Shown here: positions 1 to 13,890 of the stretch, in pieces
Position numbering within the stretch: position 1 is the stretch's first letter
How the letters are laid out: every line of letters begins with the position of its first letter
Assembly: GCF_006345805.1 (NCBI RefSeq)
Contig: NC_042997.1
Location: 92,008,001-92,072,000, forward strand
Origin: Octopus sinensis
Lineage: Eukaryota
Direction of reading: 5' to 3'
DNA: 64,000 nt
The notes under the pieces: model-generated
Told to the model about the DNA's origin: nothing
Databases searched by the model: none
What the model saw: the letters and a program-made list of their open reading frames with translations, nothing else
Position numbers and translations under genes: made by a program

Positions 1-664
1 AGATGAAGGAAATCTTAGAAGAGAAAGTTTAAAAGACAGAAGTGGTGGAAGTTGATTTCAGGATGCTGAACATCACAAATGAGATGACAAAGAAATGCAG
101 CAAATGTTGAGATATTGTGGACTCAATAAAGACAGAATCTCCTTTTTCAACAGGGGTAATATTCTCCTAAACTTTTCCACCCTAATATGACTATGCTTTC
201 AGAATACCCTCCTCCACTGCTACGGAGAAAAAGCTATTGACTACTTCTTCAGAGCAATGCAAGTCTATTCACTGTCAGCCTGCCTTTGGTTCCATTATAC
301 CTGTTGCCCACCCCAAGCAAGCACAAGAGCAGACAAAAATAATGATTTCTTTTATAGGCAACAGGCCTCGAAGTTTGGTGGGAATGAATAGGAAATTATA
401 TAGTCCTAAGTACATAACTAGTACCTCATTTTACTGACTTTGGAAAGATGAAAGGTAAAGTTGCTTAAGTGAGAGTTGATCCTAAAGAACCAAAACATTT
501 ACCTCAATGTTCAACACTAACGATTCTCCCTAATTTAAGGAAGGGTTATTTGATTAAATCGACACCAGTACTTGAGTGGTAGTATATTTATTGACCCACA
601 GGTGGATGTACAGCAAAGGTGAACTTGAGCATAAAAAGAAGTAAAAAAGGAAATTTGATATTAC

Positions 665-740
665 CTGTAAGAGTAAAAGACTTGTTCCTACAGTTGCTGC
701 AGCAACTTTTCCTACTTTTGCAAAAAGCATTCCTGCACAC
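665..740 (-). CDS. FUNDC1: FUN14 domain-containing protein 1, internal coding exon (76 nt)
   Basis: Minus strand tttatatatgatag|GTGTGCAGGA...CTCTTACAG|gtaata encodes (W)CAGMLFAKVGKVAAATVGTSLLLLQ, matching human FUNDC1 [26 protein letters not shown]. Completes the TG|G Trp codon of the upstream exon. Confidence 0.95.
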
Positions 741-1042
741 CTATCATATATAAAGGAAAAGAATAACATCTTCATATAGTAAATTAAATATTTGCACTGC
801 TTTACAATACTGTATCTAACCATAGTGTTTTTTAGTCATCTATTTTCTACTTTACTGAAATACAATACACCAATATTATACACACTTTTGCTTTGCTACA
901 ACCTACATTATCATTATTTCTACCATGCTTAATATGCAAAGAGGGAAATTTGAGCCAATGATCTCTTGTCACTTGTTACGCTGAAAATAGCAACCAAATT
1001 TCTCTTAAATTGTACCCTTGAAAGAGAAAACATTTGAACAAT

Positions 1043-1380
1043 GTGGTGAGTGGCTGTGTGTAGCTTGCTTGCCAACCACATGGTTCTGAGTTCAGTCCCA
1101 CTGCATGGCACCTTGGGCAAGTATCTTCTACTATAGCTTCGGGCCGACCAAAGCCTTGCAAGTGCATTTGGTAGACAGAAACTGAAAGAAGCCCGTCGTG
1201 TGTGTGTTTGTCCCCCACCATTGCTTGACAACCGATGCTGGTGTGTTTATGTCTCCATAACTTAGCAGTTCGGCAAAAAGAGACCAATAGAATAAGTACT
1301 AGGCTTACAAAGAATAAGTCCTGGGGTCAATTTGTTCCAGCATGGCCACAGTTAAGTGACTGAAACAAGTAAAAGAATAA
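1043..1380 (+). mobile_element. tRNA-derived SINE
   Basis: B-box-like GAGTTCAGTCCC head, body and A-rich tail; related fragments recur (about 22040-22170, 36450-36720, 39900-40250). Confidence 0.75.
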
Positions 1381-3848
1381 TAAGCAATGAAAAAAGAGAA
1401 CAATTCTTTCAAGATGTTTATGCCTTAGAAACACACCAAAAGGATAATGGATATTATAATGACAACCCAGGCCAAATTTATAATCAAAAATTATAATCAC
1501 AACACACTTTAGAAACTAATAGAATATACATTGTGTAGCTAATTAAATATAAATTAATCAAATGTAAGCTGTGTTTCAGTTCAAGGAATGAACAGATTTT
1601 GTATAAAATGTTAATACATCTTTTGTATTAATAAAACTGAGGAAAATAAGAACTAAAAAAAAAAATTAAAAATTGCTAAAGAATCTTTTAATTGGTAGAC
1701 CTGAATAATGAGAGAGACTCCTTGGGAAAAGTGTAGTTGAAAGCAAAGCATTGAGAGATTATCCTCAATTCAGTCTGAATGCTTGCAACATAGCAAACAC
1801 CCTTTTAGAATGAAAGGGCTAGCTAAGTGCTAGTGTTTAAACCAAATAGCATATTAATGAGAGAGAAAAAACTGACATTGATTTTAACAGGTAGAATATG
1901 CAAATGGAATTAGAGTAATGTGTTACAGTCACCTTAAAAAATACAGAACATTAACCCTTCTGTTATCAACCTGCCAGAGACCACCATTGGTTTTATGATA
2001 TAGACTTCCTGTCTGAAAGTGATTTAAATTAAAACCTTTCCTCAGAACTTCATGCTATTTTATGTTCCAAACACTAGTTTAATGACAAAGTCATTTTAGT
2101 AAATTCTTCATTATTTTCATTAATTGAAACAAAAGCAATGCATATCATTAGAAATTTGGTAACAAAAGATCCAAGATTATTTAGCAAACAGACTAAAATA
2201 CAGTACCTTTCAAAAGTCTTTGACCACTATAATATATCCTGAGTATGAAATCTGATTGGTAAAATGAAGAAAAAGCTTTGTATTCACGAAATCTTTTCTT
2301 GCTAGTAATGATAGCAATAGCTTAAGTTCGTACACAAGATACAGGTACAAATGGCAATAACCTGAGTACTGTTTGTTGTTTAAGTAACAGAATTACCAAA
2401 CAAGCAACACCACAATATTACAAAATGTAAGTGTAAAAGTTTTTATTGGACAAGCATGGATTTTATATTAGTCTGAGATCTTAAAATATTTTTATGCAAA
2501 TCAATTACACTCCTCTCATATGAAGCAATAAAGGAGCCTCTACATGTTTGCTTGACCTGCTATAGTAGTAGTTACATTTAGCTCAAAAAACACCAAACAG
2601 AAAGATTCAAAGGATTATGTAGCTTTAGATATGCTATATCTAAAATATGTGAAATGTTGACTTGGTGCACTATTTTTCTATATTAACCATAGATAATTTC
2701 CACTGATAAGCTGTGGTAATTGTTAACTTCCATAATAACATTAATTTTTGAGTTTTCTCAGCAGTCAGGTGTCATGAAAATATAAAAATAAAAAAGCACT
2801 CAGTAAACACTGTAAAATGTTTCATTGAGAAGATCCTTTAGTATAATCAAAGACGTAACCTCTCCAGTGTTAGTTCCATGAAAAATGCATCCATCAGACT
2901 GTCGAGTGACTGGAATTCAAAAAAAACAACTGGTTATAGAAGCCAACCAAAGTGAAACACAAGCGACCTCTGATCCAACTGTCCTGACTCCAATCATGGC
3001 AACATGTTCTAATCACACAAACATGACAAGAAAATATAAAATGGTGTGTGTATATCTATATATATAAAACTGAGAATGTGTGTGTGACTATGCATGCATC
3101 ACTAAAACTAAAAAACTACCCAACCGATTTCATTCAAATTTTACACAGGCCTTACTTAGGATCATTGCAGTGTCATGGGCCAAAACAAATTTTCAACTTC
3201 TTGCCTAATGTGAGTCCAGAGCAATTTCATATCTCTTACACTATTTCAATATTACATGTCAAAAGTGAAACAATAACATCTCTATTGTAATGTGAGATAC
3301 TTTCAGTTTTAATGGTTTCACTATTAATACTGAAACTATTACCTCACATATATACATGCACACACACACATGTATGTATATGTGTATATGCATCTGCACA
3401 CATGTATGTATAAGTATATATATATATGTAAAAGGTTGGTGCTTAATTATTACAGCTTTTTTTTCAATAAATTTTATTCACCAAAAGATTTTAACAAAGC
3501 ACCAAGCAGAAATTGAAGTAGATGGTGAATATGCTCCGGAATAATCATTTAAAGATGTTTTTGTTAAATGTTATTCTTTTTCTTGAATAAAAATTGTAGA
3601 GAAAAAAGCCACAATAATTATGCACCAACCTAATATGTATATATATTTATGTAGATACATATCAATGCAAGTATATATATGTATATATATAGATTATATA
3701 TCTATAGATGTATATGTATCTATATATATATAGAGATTTATATGTATATATATATAGAGAGAGATTTATATGTATATATATATAGAGAGAGAGATTTATA
3801 TGTATATATATATATATAGAGAGATTTATATGTATATATATATATATA

Positions 3849-4785
3849 TTGGCATTAGGAAGGGCATCCAGCTGTAGAAACCCTGCCAGATCAGATGGAA
3901 GTTTGGTTCGCCAGACCTCAGTCAAATCGTCCAACCCATGCTAGCATGGAAAACGGACGTTAAATGATGACGATGATACACATACATATGTATATATATG
4001 CATATATACATATATATTATTTATATTATTATGATTGAACGCTACACACATCCTCTTCCAAGTATATATATATATATGTGTGTAGATATGTATATATACA
4101 TATATATATTTCATTTTGTTCATTTGGTTTGCAAGATTCTTTATATGAGTTTGTGTGTTGAAGCATATCCTGTTGTGTCTGGAGAGAGTCATTTTCTTTT
4201 TGTGCCTTATAACGTAACACACTCACTGGTAAAATTTTCATTGCATCTTGCAACCTTAAGATGCAACGAAAATTTTAGGAAAATAAGAAAAAAGTGGAAA
4301 TTTTACCAGTGAGTGTGTTACATTATAAGGCACAAAAAGAAAATGACTCTCCCCAGACACAACAGTACATACATATGTATATACACATATGTATATACAT
4401 ATATATATGTATATATACATATATGCATATATATATATATGCGAACACCTGTTGAGGCAAGTGAAATCGAAATCAAATCAAATTTGATGACTGGCACCCG
4501 TGCCAGCGGAGGACATAGAGCATGATTGTTGCCAAAGCAGCTGACTAACTTCCGTGCCAGTGGCATGTAAAAAGCACCATTCAAGCATGATCATTACCAG
4601 CATAGCCTTACTGACACTTGTGGCATGTAAAAGCACCCACTACAATCTCAGAGTGGCTGGTGTTAGGAAGGGCATCCAGTTGTAGAAACTCTGCCAGATC
4701 AGATTGAAGCCTGGTGCAGCCATCTGGTTCGCCAGTACTCAGTCAAATCATCCAACCCATGCTAGCATGAAAAGCAGACGTTAAT
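3849..4785 (+). mobile_element. Two 3'-end fragments of the RTE-type LINE (3849-3976, 4445-4785) separated by (TA)n and a short inverted repeat
   Basis: Share gttaggaagggcatccagctgtagaaa...ccatgctagcatgg...(GAT)n with the 3' UTR of the RT-bearing copies at 7985-9795 and 31155-33163. Confidence 0.8.
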
Positions 4786-4974
4786 GCTTTAAGTAACCAT
4801 GTTGAGGGTTAAGTCTTGGAGGTAAATTCTTCCATTGATTGTGAGATGATGGCGGTAGATTGGTAGGTATAGATTCCCAAAAATTTAGGTTAGTCTGTAA
4901 GTTTTGATGGATCCTTTGATTTGTATATAGGGTACCTTGGGGATTCCGTCCAGATTTTCTATCGTGGGCTGTAT

Positions 4975-6050
4975 TCCACCCACAGATTCTAAACAATACC
5001 TATTATTCAACTCATGCCACCCCAAACATAAACATTACTATACCTTATAATCTAGCGAAAAGAATCTGTACCATAGTTTCAGACACCCAAACATGTGAAT
5101 GAAGACTCCTTGAACTCAGATCAATACTAATCAAAACACATTACCCAATATCATTAATAAATGATGGCATTAAACGAGCTAAAGAAATAAATATATGAAC
5201 ATTAAGAGAAGTCAACCGAAATACTACACCAGACTTAAAAATACTCCCATACATCACACATAACCCTAGAAACAATGAAGCCTTCAACATTATCACCCAA
5301 AATCTACTCATCCTCACAGGAGATAAAACAATGAACAAAATTTTAGGTTCACACAAAATTATCAAAAGCAAAATGCAACTGAAATCATTGAAAAATATAT
5401 TAACCAGTGCAAGACTATATCCATTAACAATGGAACCAAAAGTGAAAAAGTGTGGTCGACCTAACTGTGGTATATGATACCATCTTTTGGAGGGTTCAGA
5501 GTTCCACTTTAAACAAGGTGAAATATTTAAGATCAACTCAAATTTCACCTGTTCCTTGGAAAACCTAATCTATGCCATTACATGCTTAGGGTGTGGTAAT
5601 TATTATATTGGCCAAACAGGAATATCACTCTGTCGAAGAACCACTCTTCACAAAGAACAAATCCGCCACCTACAATACAGATAGATACAGGTCAGTCAAC
5701 ACATAGAAAGGTGTGCTAGAAACCTTAATCCTAATTTTCCTCTTCTATCAATGTTCACAGAACACCTCAGTACAGCAAAGAATGAATAAAGAGGTAACTT
5801 TCATCAATAAATATCTTACATAACTCAATATGAACACAACTAACCTTTCAATTAATACCACTAACCCACATACATCCCATACACAATTCACATTACAGAT
5901 TTATATCTACCCTAATTGCATCAAATCCAGAACTACTTACCTCCCTTACACATAATCTTTTTACTCAGGGACTAGTAGACCCAACTCCGTTAACTTCTCG
6001 GTGCGCATTCAAAGTAGTGTCGGTAATTTTACGAAATCGGTATGCCTTTG
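4975..6050 (+). mobile_element. Decayed Penelope-like element: RT thumb plus GIY-YIG endonuclease
   Basis: TDSKQYLLFNSCHP, KKCGRPNCG, NLIYAITCLGCGNYYIGQTG; interrupted by stops and frameshifts. Confidence 0.88.
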
Positions 6051-6429
6051 AATCTCTTTAACAATTCATAATAATGACTTTTATTACTTTTATTCCTACC
6101 TCAGTTCATCTAATTGTGTGTGTGTATGTATGTATATATATATATATATATATTGTTACTTTTCATAAAAAGCCTTTACCTTTTGGGATTTCCAATGTGC
6201 ATTTTGAAGCATATGTCGGAAGTAAAAGAATTTGAATAACACCTGCGTTCAACTCCATTTATTTATTTATATATATTATTATACAAAATATTTCACATCA
6301 ACCTGGAGCTTCTACCTTTACAAACAGGGTGTTATGTCCTTATTACTTGTGTGATTTTTTGCTACCCTGGTAACTGTTTATCCATTTTTTTTCGTGTTAA
6401 TTGTAAACAAGGGGAAAATACACACATCC

Positions 6430-7320
6430 ATTTATATATACTTCATATAACCTGCTAATTAAATATTTACCGCATATGGAGTTATTTAATATAAACGCAT
6501 CTTTTAAGGATATACACATTCCCCCAAAGAATGCTTTCTTTAAGCAACTCATTAATAACACAAATTCCTTTATTAACCATATCAGATGGCTCACTTTTTT
6601 CTTTGACAATAAGGACATTCAACAGCCCACTAATGATATAATTTCTGAATTTAAGAAATTATTTAAATCTGAAAATAATCCTCCACCTAACTCAAGATTG
6701 AAAATGTTTCAAGATGATCTCTGGTCTATTGTGAGAAATGTAAAACTTCACCGTTCACCTCTAAGGAATAAACATCTAAGGTATCTTCACAATATCACTA
6801 AGGAAATTCATAGCATGGATAGTATACTGGTTCAATCAGATAAAATAGGAAACCTGTACAAACTTACCAAAATTTTTTTAATAATCCATCCTTACGACTT
6901 ATCTGTCCATCTAGCTCTGACATCGGTGTACTTTTTAAAATATTCTAGATAAATACATTCCTACCTTAGTTAAAAAATGAAAGCTTAGTTTATGGTCCAA
7001 TTCATTTCAAAGTCGTTGACTAGTTTAGTTCTATTACTAATAAGAGGAGCACTAAGTTTATGCAGCTTGTCATTTCTAGTTTCTATTCCTCCATCGACCC
7101 AACAGTACTTAATAAAGCACTCTAGCTAGCTCACAACAAAGCTGGTCTCACCAGGGAAGAGATTAATGTCGTGTTGACCACCAGAAAATCTATCATAAAA
7201 TTTGATAACAAGCTGTGGGTCTGTAAAGATACACTCGATGACTTTGATGTCACGATGGGAAGTTCTGATTCAGCACAAATAGCTGATTTGGTTGGTATAT
7301 ATATATTTTATGAAATGACA
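6430..7320 (+). mobile_element. Decayed Penelope-like element, N-terminal and RT fragments (second family)
   Basis: KDIHIPPKNAFFKQLI...HIRWLTFFF, ILVQSDKIGNLYKL, FDVTMGSSDSAQIADLVGIYI (RT motif B region). Confidence 0.8.
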
Positions 7321-7984
7321 GACCATTATATATATATATATATATATATTATATAAGTATAATATATAAATATATATATATTATATATGTATAATATATA
7401 TATAATATCTTCTGTCCCTCTGCTTCTACTTCTCTTCCCCCTCCTTAATTCTTCTGTCCCTCTGCTTTTACTTCTCTTTCTTATCTTCCCACGTGACCGC
7501 CATTAGGCCAAGCCTGCTCTTTCTTTCTTGGTCGGACTGTTGTCCATGCAACATCGATATTCTTCTGTGTTTGTGAAACTTTTGCAGCTCTGCCGTAAGG
7601 CTTCATTTCCACATGTGCCAGCTTAATTCAATTCGTCATTAGTCGAAAGACACCTGTTGTTATGTCCTGTTATTATTTTTATTGTATTTATATTTGTGTA
7701 ACATTGTCCGTTTTTTCTGTCCTTGTTTTTGTAAACATTCGCTGCTTTTTTCCAAGGAATCTAATGCTCTTAGCTTAGTTTTTCCCTGGGGCTAGCCAGA
7801 TTGGAGCAATCTCAAGAATAATCAGCCGAAATAATCAACGATAATCTGGTTTTTAATTGAAGATAGAAAACTTCGAATGACCTGTCCTTGTTTTCTTTGT
7901 ATCATCTATCTGGATGTTTTGTTGTCCCCTTTTGTATCACCTAGCTGTCCAGATGCTTTGCGTTCTTGTCCCATTTTGTATATA

Positions 7985-9795
7985 TCATCATCATCGTTTA
8001 ATGTCTGTTTGCCATGCTAGCACGGGTTAGACGGTTCGACTGGGTCTGAGAAGCCAGGAGGCTGCACCAGGCTCCAGTCTGATCTGGCAGTATTTCTACA
8101 GCTTGATGCCTTTCCTAACGCCAACCACTCCATGAGTGTAGTGGGTGCTTTTTACGTTCCACCAGCACAGGTGCCAGTGGAGGCTGGCAGCGGCCATGAT
8201 CAGTTGGTGCTTTTTACATGCCACTGGCAACGGAGCCAGTCAAGGCATCGCTGGCATTGGCCACATTCAGACAGTGCCTTTTACATACCACCGGCACTAC
8301 AATTTCCATTTGATATTTATTTTGATGTTGATGTACTTGACTCAATAGGTTTCCTCAAGCACAGCAGAGGTAAGCGCAGCAGGTCATTCTGCAATCCAAG
8401 GTACTTTGGATGGGCTAGGGCTATGCGAAATTAGTGCAGGAAACAGCCATGAACTCACATTATTTGTTGAGTCTTTGCAGTCACAGCATATCTCCAGAGA
8501 TCTCGGTCTTTTGTCATTGCTTCTGTGAGGCCCAACGTTTAAAGGTCATGCTTGACCACCTCATCCCATGCCTTCATATGTCTACCTCTCCCTCGGATAC
8601 GTTCAACTGTTTGGGAGTGGCACTTCTTCACACATCTCTCCTCATCCATCCGCAGTACATGACCATACCAGCGCAAACGTCTCTTGCACACCACGTCCGA
8701 TGTTTCTTATGTCCAGCATTTCTCTCAGGGTGCTTACACCCTATCGTGTGTGCACACTGACATTACACAACTGCAGTCACAGCCCATGTTTCACTACCAT
8801 GAAGCATGGCAGTTCACACACATGCATCGTACAATCTACCTTTCACTCTGAGCGAGAGACCCTTTGTCACCAGTAGGGGTAGAAGCTTTCTAAACTTTGC
8901 CCAGACTATTTGTATTCTAGTGGTGACACTCTCTGAGCATCCACCTCCACTACTAACTTGGTCATGTATGTAGCAGAAACTATTAACTACTAGTTTCTAC
9001 CCCTGGAGTGTGATGGAATCTGTTTTCTGAGTGTCTGTGGTGTCTATTGCCCCTGTGCATCTGCCGCACACGAAAGCTATCTTCTTGGTTAATCTTCCTT
9101 TGATGCACAACTTATGCATCCATAGCTTACGTTGGGTACATCTTGTATAGTTTCTACCTACACCTTTCTACAGATCGAGCAGGGCTACCTACCTGAGGGT
9201 GTGTGTGATGAGTTCACCTTCCTGCTTACTATAACTTTGGTCTTTGCTACATTGGCTCTAAGGCCTTTTGATTCTAAAACTAGCTTCCACACCCAAAATT
9301 TCTTTTCTAGTTCCGGTAGTGATTCTGCAATGAGGGCCAGGTCATCAGCATAGAGGAGCTCCCAGAGACAACCCGTCTTGAATTCCTGTTATTGCCTGGA
9401 GGACTATGATGAATAGAAGGAGACTGAGGGCTGAACCTTGGTGGTCCCCTGCTTCTACCCAGAATTCTTCACTATGCTCATTGCTAATTCTAACCTTCCT
9501 AATGGCCTCTGTATAGGGCCTGTACAGCCATTATTAACCATTTGTAAATCTCCAGTTTTTGCATTGCCCACCAGATAAGGGATCGGGGGACCCTGTCAAA
9601 GGCTTTCTCCAAGTCCACAAAAGCTAAGCAGAAGGGTTTATCTTTAGCTAGGCATTTCTCCTGCAGTTGTCGAACCAGGAATATGGCATCAGTGGTGCTT
9701 CTACCCAGAACAAAACCGAACTGCATCTCATCTAAGCAGACTCTCTCCCTAACCTTCATCACCTGATCCAGCAATTTAATACCCCTACATTGATT
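7985..9795 (-). mobile_element. 5'-truncated RTE-clade LINE (RT plus 3' UTR), decayed
   Basis: PNQCRGIKLLDQVMKV...QFGFVLGRSTTDAIFLVRQLQEK...AFVDLEKAFDRVPR, LLYADDL region, 3' UTR ending in (GAT)n. Confidence 0.92.
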
Positions 9796-10505
9796 GGGAG
9801 TTTGATTGGCATATGCCAACCCTTTCGAAAACACCACCCCCATCATGCAACTCCCCTTTACCCATAGGTTGGGAACCCTTCCAGCAAAGAAAATAGAACG
9901 CCCAAAAGAGCCCCCAATCCTCTGCGTGAGAAGCAGTTATGTTCAGATCACAACTAAGTATATATATATATATATATGGGCAACACACATACAAACATAT
10001 ACATACATACACCTATTGGATACATGTTTTTTGTATGCCCTTGCTCCTGCCCGTCCCACCACCACCCCCTACCTGAGTAATACCATCAACTGAAGCAAAT
10101 TTGGCACCCGGACATAAGTTTTGTAAGAGGAATAGAGAAGGCTACCTTCCCCCGGAGAGATGTGAGAGTCAGACCTCTCCTTTCAAAACATTGTTTACAA
10201 AATGCAAATTTGGCCCCCGGACGTAGGTTTTGTAAGAGGAATAGAGAGACCTACTTTTTTCCCCAGAGATGTAAGAGTCAGACCTCTCCTTTCGAAAACA
10301 CAAACAGTTTCGAAACATTGTTTACAAAATAATAGCTGATCGTTTGCGAAGGAGCGTGTCTCAGGCAACATACACATTGCATACATGTTCGTGTGTGTGA
10401 CTGAAGCCATACATACATAACAACCCCTTCTGTCTGTTTTTGCCTCTCAATCACTCACTAAAAAGACGAAATTTTAAAAATTTTATATATAGATATATAT
10501 TATAT

Positions 10506-10554
<49 letters not shown>

Positions 10555-10639
10555 CATATACAACATATATATATTATTTATATAATATATATATAAAATA
10601 TATATTATTATATTATATATATATTATTTATATATACAT

Positions 10640-12600
10640 AATATGCTTAAGGACCATAAACCTAACTTTCTTATCGATACCTCAGACTGATTTTCCTAAA
10701 TCTGATATAGGCATCATTAATAAAAATATCATTGACAGGGTAATACCTGTCCTTAAGTCTAAAATTAGATTAACCCTCTGGTCTGATACCCAAAAGGTGG
10801 TTGGATGGTTCAAGCTTCTAGAAATTAATAGAACTAGTAAATTCTTGCAACTTGATATAGAGAGCTACTATGCCACTATCAACCCAATTGTTCTCAATCA
10901 AGCCCTGATTTTTAGCATGAAAAATTCTGATTTGTCCTGACACAAAATAGATATTATTCTTGCCACACAAGCCACTCTAGTACATTATGGAGTAGATTAG
11001 ATAGGGAAAATGCGCTTGATATAGCAATAGGCTCACACGATTCTGCTCAGGCCAGTGAACTAGTCGGAATATATATCCTTTCATTAATCCAGTCTTCCTT
11101 TCCTGAAGTAACAGGGGGTCTGTATAGGGATGACGCCTTATTTTTTATAGACAGAAGTAGTAATGTACAGTTAAAAAGGCATAGGAAAAATTTCTTTAGA
11201 CGTTTCAAAAATTTAGTACTAAACATTACTATAGCTAAATATTATCACAGAGTGAATTTTCTTGACACTACCTTCTGTTTTGATACTGGATTATTTGAAC
11301 CATTTTATAAACCGAATGATCATATTGAGTACATTAAGTAGCATCCAACCATCTACCCTTGATTATACGGGGACTAGTTAAGAATATTTCTACTAGAATT
11401 TCTAGATTATCTGCCACCAGTAAAATTTTTGAATCTCATGCATCTTATAATGATGCTCTAGCTAAGGCTGGGTTCCATGGCAGAATTCAATATTTACAAG
11501 ATGCAGGCTTAAGCAACACTGGTAATTCCTACAACTGCGATACACATCGTATACCACCACAACGTTACCATTTGAGAAATCACTCGGATAAAGAATGTAG
11601 GCCAGAAAGAATTGGTCATGTCAATGATCTACCAAAGAAAACTCATAGACACATGCGACATAGTAATTCATCTGCTTGTTCCAATCCTGTACAACACACT
11701 TGATCAAATAAACCTAATAACAGATATAGGAATCAGGATGTCCTCTGGTTCAATCCAATTTTCGGTTTGCATGTTTCAACCAGGATCGCTGGAAAATTTT
11801 TTGCTGCTTTGGACAAGTGTTTTCCTAAATCCAATCAGTATCATGCTATTTTTAATCAGCATACCATGTAGGTATCCTACACAAACTCTGCTAATTTGGA
11901 GCGACAAAGGTTCAATAACCCACCTACTGGATCTAGCAAGCATTTACATCTAAATGCCAACTAAGGAGATGTAAACCACATCGATAATCATCAACTTTGA
12001 CCAATTTGTAGTAGTAGAAATACTCATGGTACAGCTAGCACGATAACAGCGCCGGTAAATGAAGTCAGGACTGCTTTATATACAAATAAAAATGATAAAT
12101 GCTCATACTAGATAAATCAAAATGTCCTTTGATGAATCTCTGTATGAGTACAAATCTTTTATATAAATGTACCGTGCACACAAGGAGAGGGCCCTATGTT
12201 TACATTGGGTAGATAGCTGATTCATTTAAGAATCGTTGTTATAATCATGTTGCCAGCTTTAGGTCAATCAATAAGAGACATTCAACATCTTTGGCAGATT
12301 TTATATGGCGACTGAAGGAGGCTAATACAAAATACTACATTACTTGGTCCAAAGTTAGACATGCAAAACCATACAGTGTAATTTCCAAGAGATGCCTTCT
12401 CTACTCCGAGGAATCCCTGTCTATTCTGTAGACTAACGAGAAGATACTTAATAGAATTTTTGAATGACTATCGAGATGCCTACATGCATATAAATGTACT
12501 TTCGCACAATGCAGTGAGAATGAATTTTGAATAACCGTTAACTTAGTGTCATTTTATTTTATTTTAAGGTATGGATGACTTAAGTTTACTTTAAACCTCC
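10640..12600 (+). mobile_element. Decayed Penelope-like element (same family as 6430-7320)
   Basis: FLQLDIESYY, IAIGSHDSAQASELVGIYIL, GLYRDDA (RT catalytic), VNFLDTTF, IIRGLVKNISTRISRLS. Confidence 0.88.
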
Positions 12601-13533
12601 CTGTTCTTCTAAACACCTACTAAATAACTAACTCACTTTGTAATCATGAGTGCGCCTAACCTTGCGTGTGTGTATGCTCACATTTTTGTTAATGCCTGTG
12701 TACTCATGCCATGCAGCTTGCCTGAGGGCGATTATAAATCCATATCTATTAGTGGTTATTTCCAATACTTTTCTCACTGGATTAAGTGTTCATTTCTCTT
12801 TTTGTCTTCTGCAATTTTTGGATCTTCTCTATATATGAAGAATTTTCCTCCGTCTCGCTGTTTTTCTTGCTACAAAACAGAAAGTTGCATTGTGGAACAG
12901 TCATTTTAATGACTTTTTTTTTTTTAATTTCAAGTTGGCACATGAGGGTTTGTTGCAGATTCCATATGCCAACTACTAGGTCATCTTGGAATCAAAGGTC
13001 ACAAAAGAACAGATGCGAAGAAGTCAATGTGGCTGTGGGCATAGTGAAATGATAGCTAGAGCTGTTAAACATAATAGGAAAGAAACCCAGTTTGATTCAC
13101 AGCATCAGTTCTTGAAGTGGTCATATCATGACCTAATGATATACACCACAATTCAAGGGGAAAAAATCAACTAAATGTTCTGAGTTCAATCCCCACTAAA
13201 AGTGGCATTTCAAAAACAGTAAGACACCTAGGAGTCATGAACTTAAGAACTAATGGACCAAACACTTGCTTGAGAAAAGTTTTTCCTCTGAAGATTTCTT
13301 CTGCTGTCTGCTCACCCTATAACTAGTCTAATTACTAAGAAAGAAAAATGTGTGTGTGTATGTGTGCTTGTTTTGTAAACAGTGAAATTGTCATTTCTCC
13401 TGTCAACAAATTGTCCACTAGCTTTGAAAGGCAAATAAAATAAGAGATCCCTTACTTGAAGACAATAAGGGATGGTGGAAGGGAAAACCTCTGGTTAATT
13501 CATGCCAGTATGGAAAAATAAACAGAAGGAACA

Positions 13534-13564
<31 letters not shown>

Positions 13565-13753
13565 AGACTTCTGCATATTTTTCTGTTTATAAATTTTCAC
13601 TTATAAGACATTAGTGCACCTATGCAAATGAACCTAGATCATGTGGTTGTGATGCAAACCTCTCAACCATACGGCCAGTGAATAAAATTTTTTTGTTTTC
13701 ATATTTTCTCAGACTTCAACTGAAGCAAATTATTTATGATAAGGTATACTTAC

Positions 13754-13890
13754 CAGCCAGATATACCACCAACCACAGTTTGCTTGGCTACAGACAATTT
13801 AGAAACATCACGAAATATATTCTCTAGCCAACGTTTGTCTGATGTGTATGTAGTTATATCCAATATTTCGGGAACATCAGAATCTGCCAT
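13754..13890 (-). CDS. FUNDC1: FUNDC1 first coding exon (exon 13754-13903, ATG at 13890)
   Basis: Acceptor ttttatattttactag at 13904-5, donor gtaagt at 13753. Encodes MADSDVPEILDITTYTSDKRWLENIFRDVSKLSVAKQTVVGGISG(W). An in-frame TGA just upstream of the ATG fixes the start. In phase with 665-740. Confidence 0.93.

Noticed and set aside
6005-6056. Hammerhead-like remnant at the end of the Penelope-like copy
   Set aside because: Has GTA-ATTT-TAC-GAAA and flanking complementarity, but the CUGANGA core is missing.
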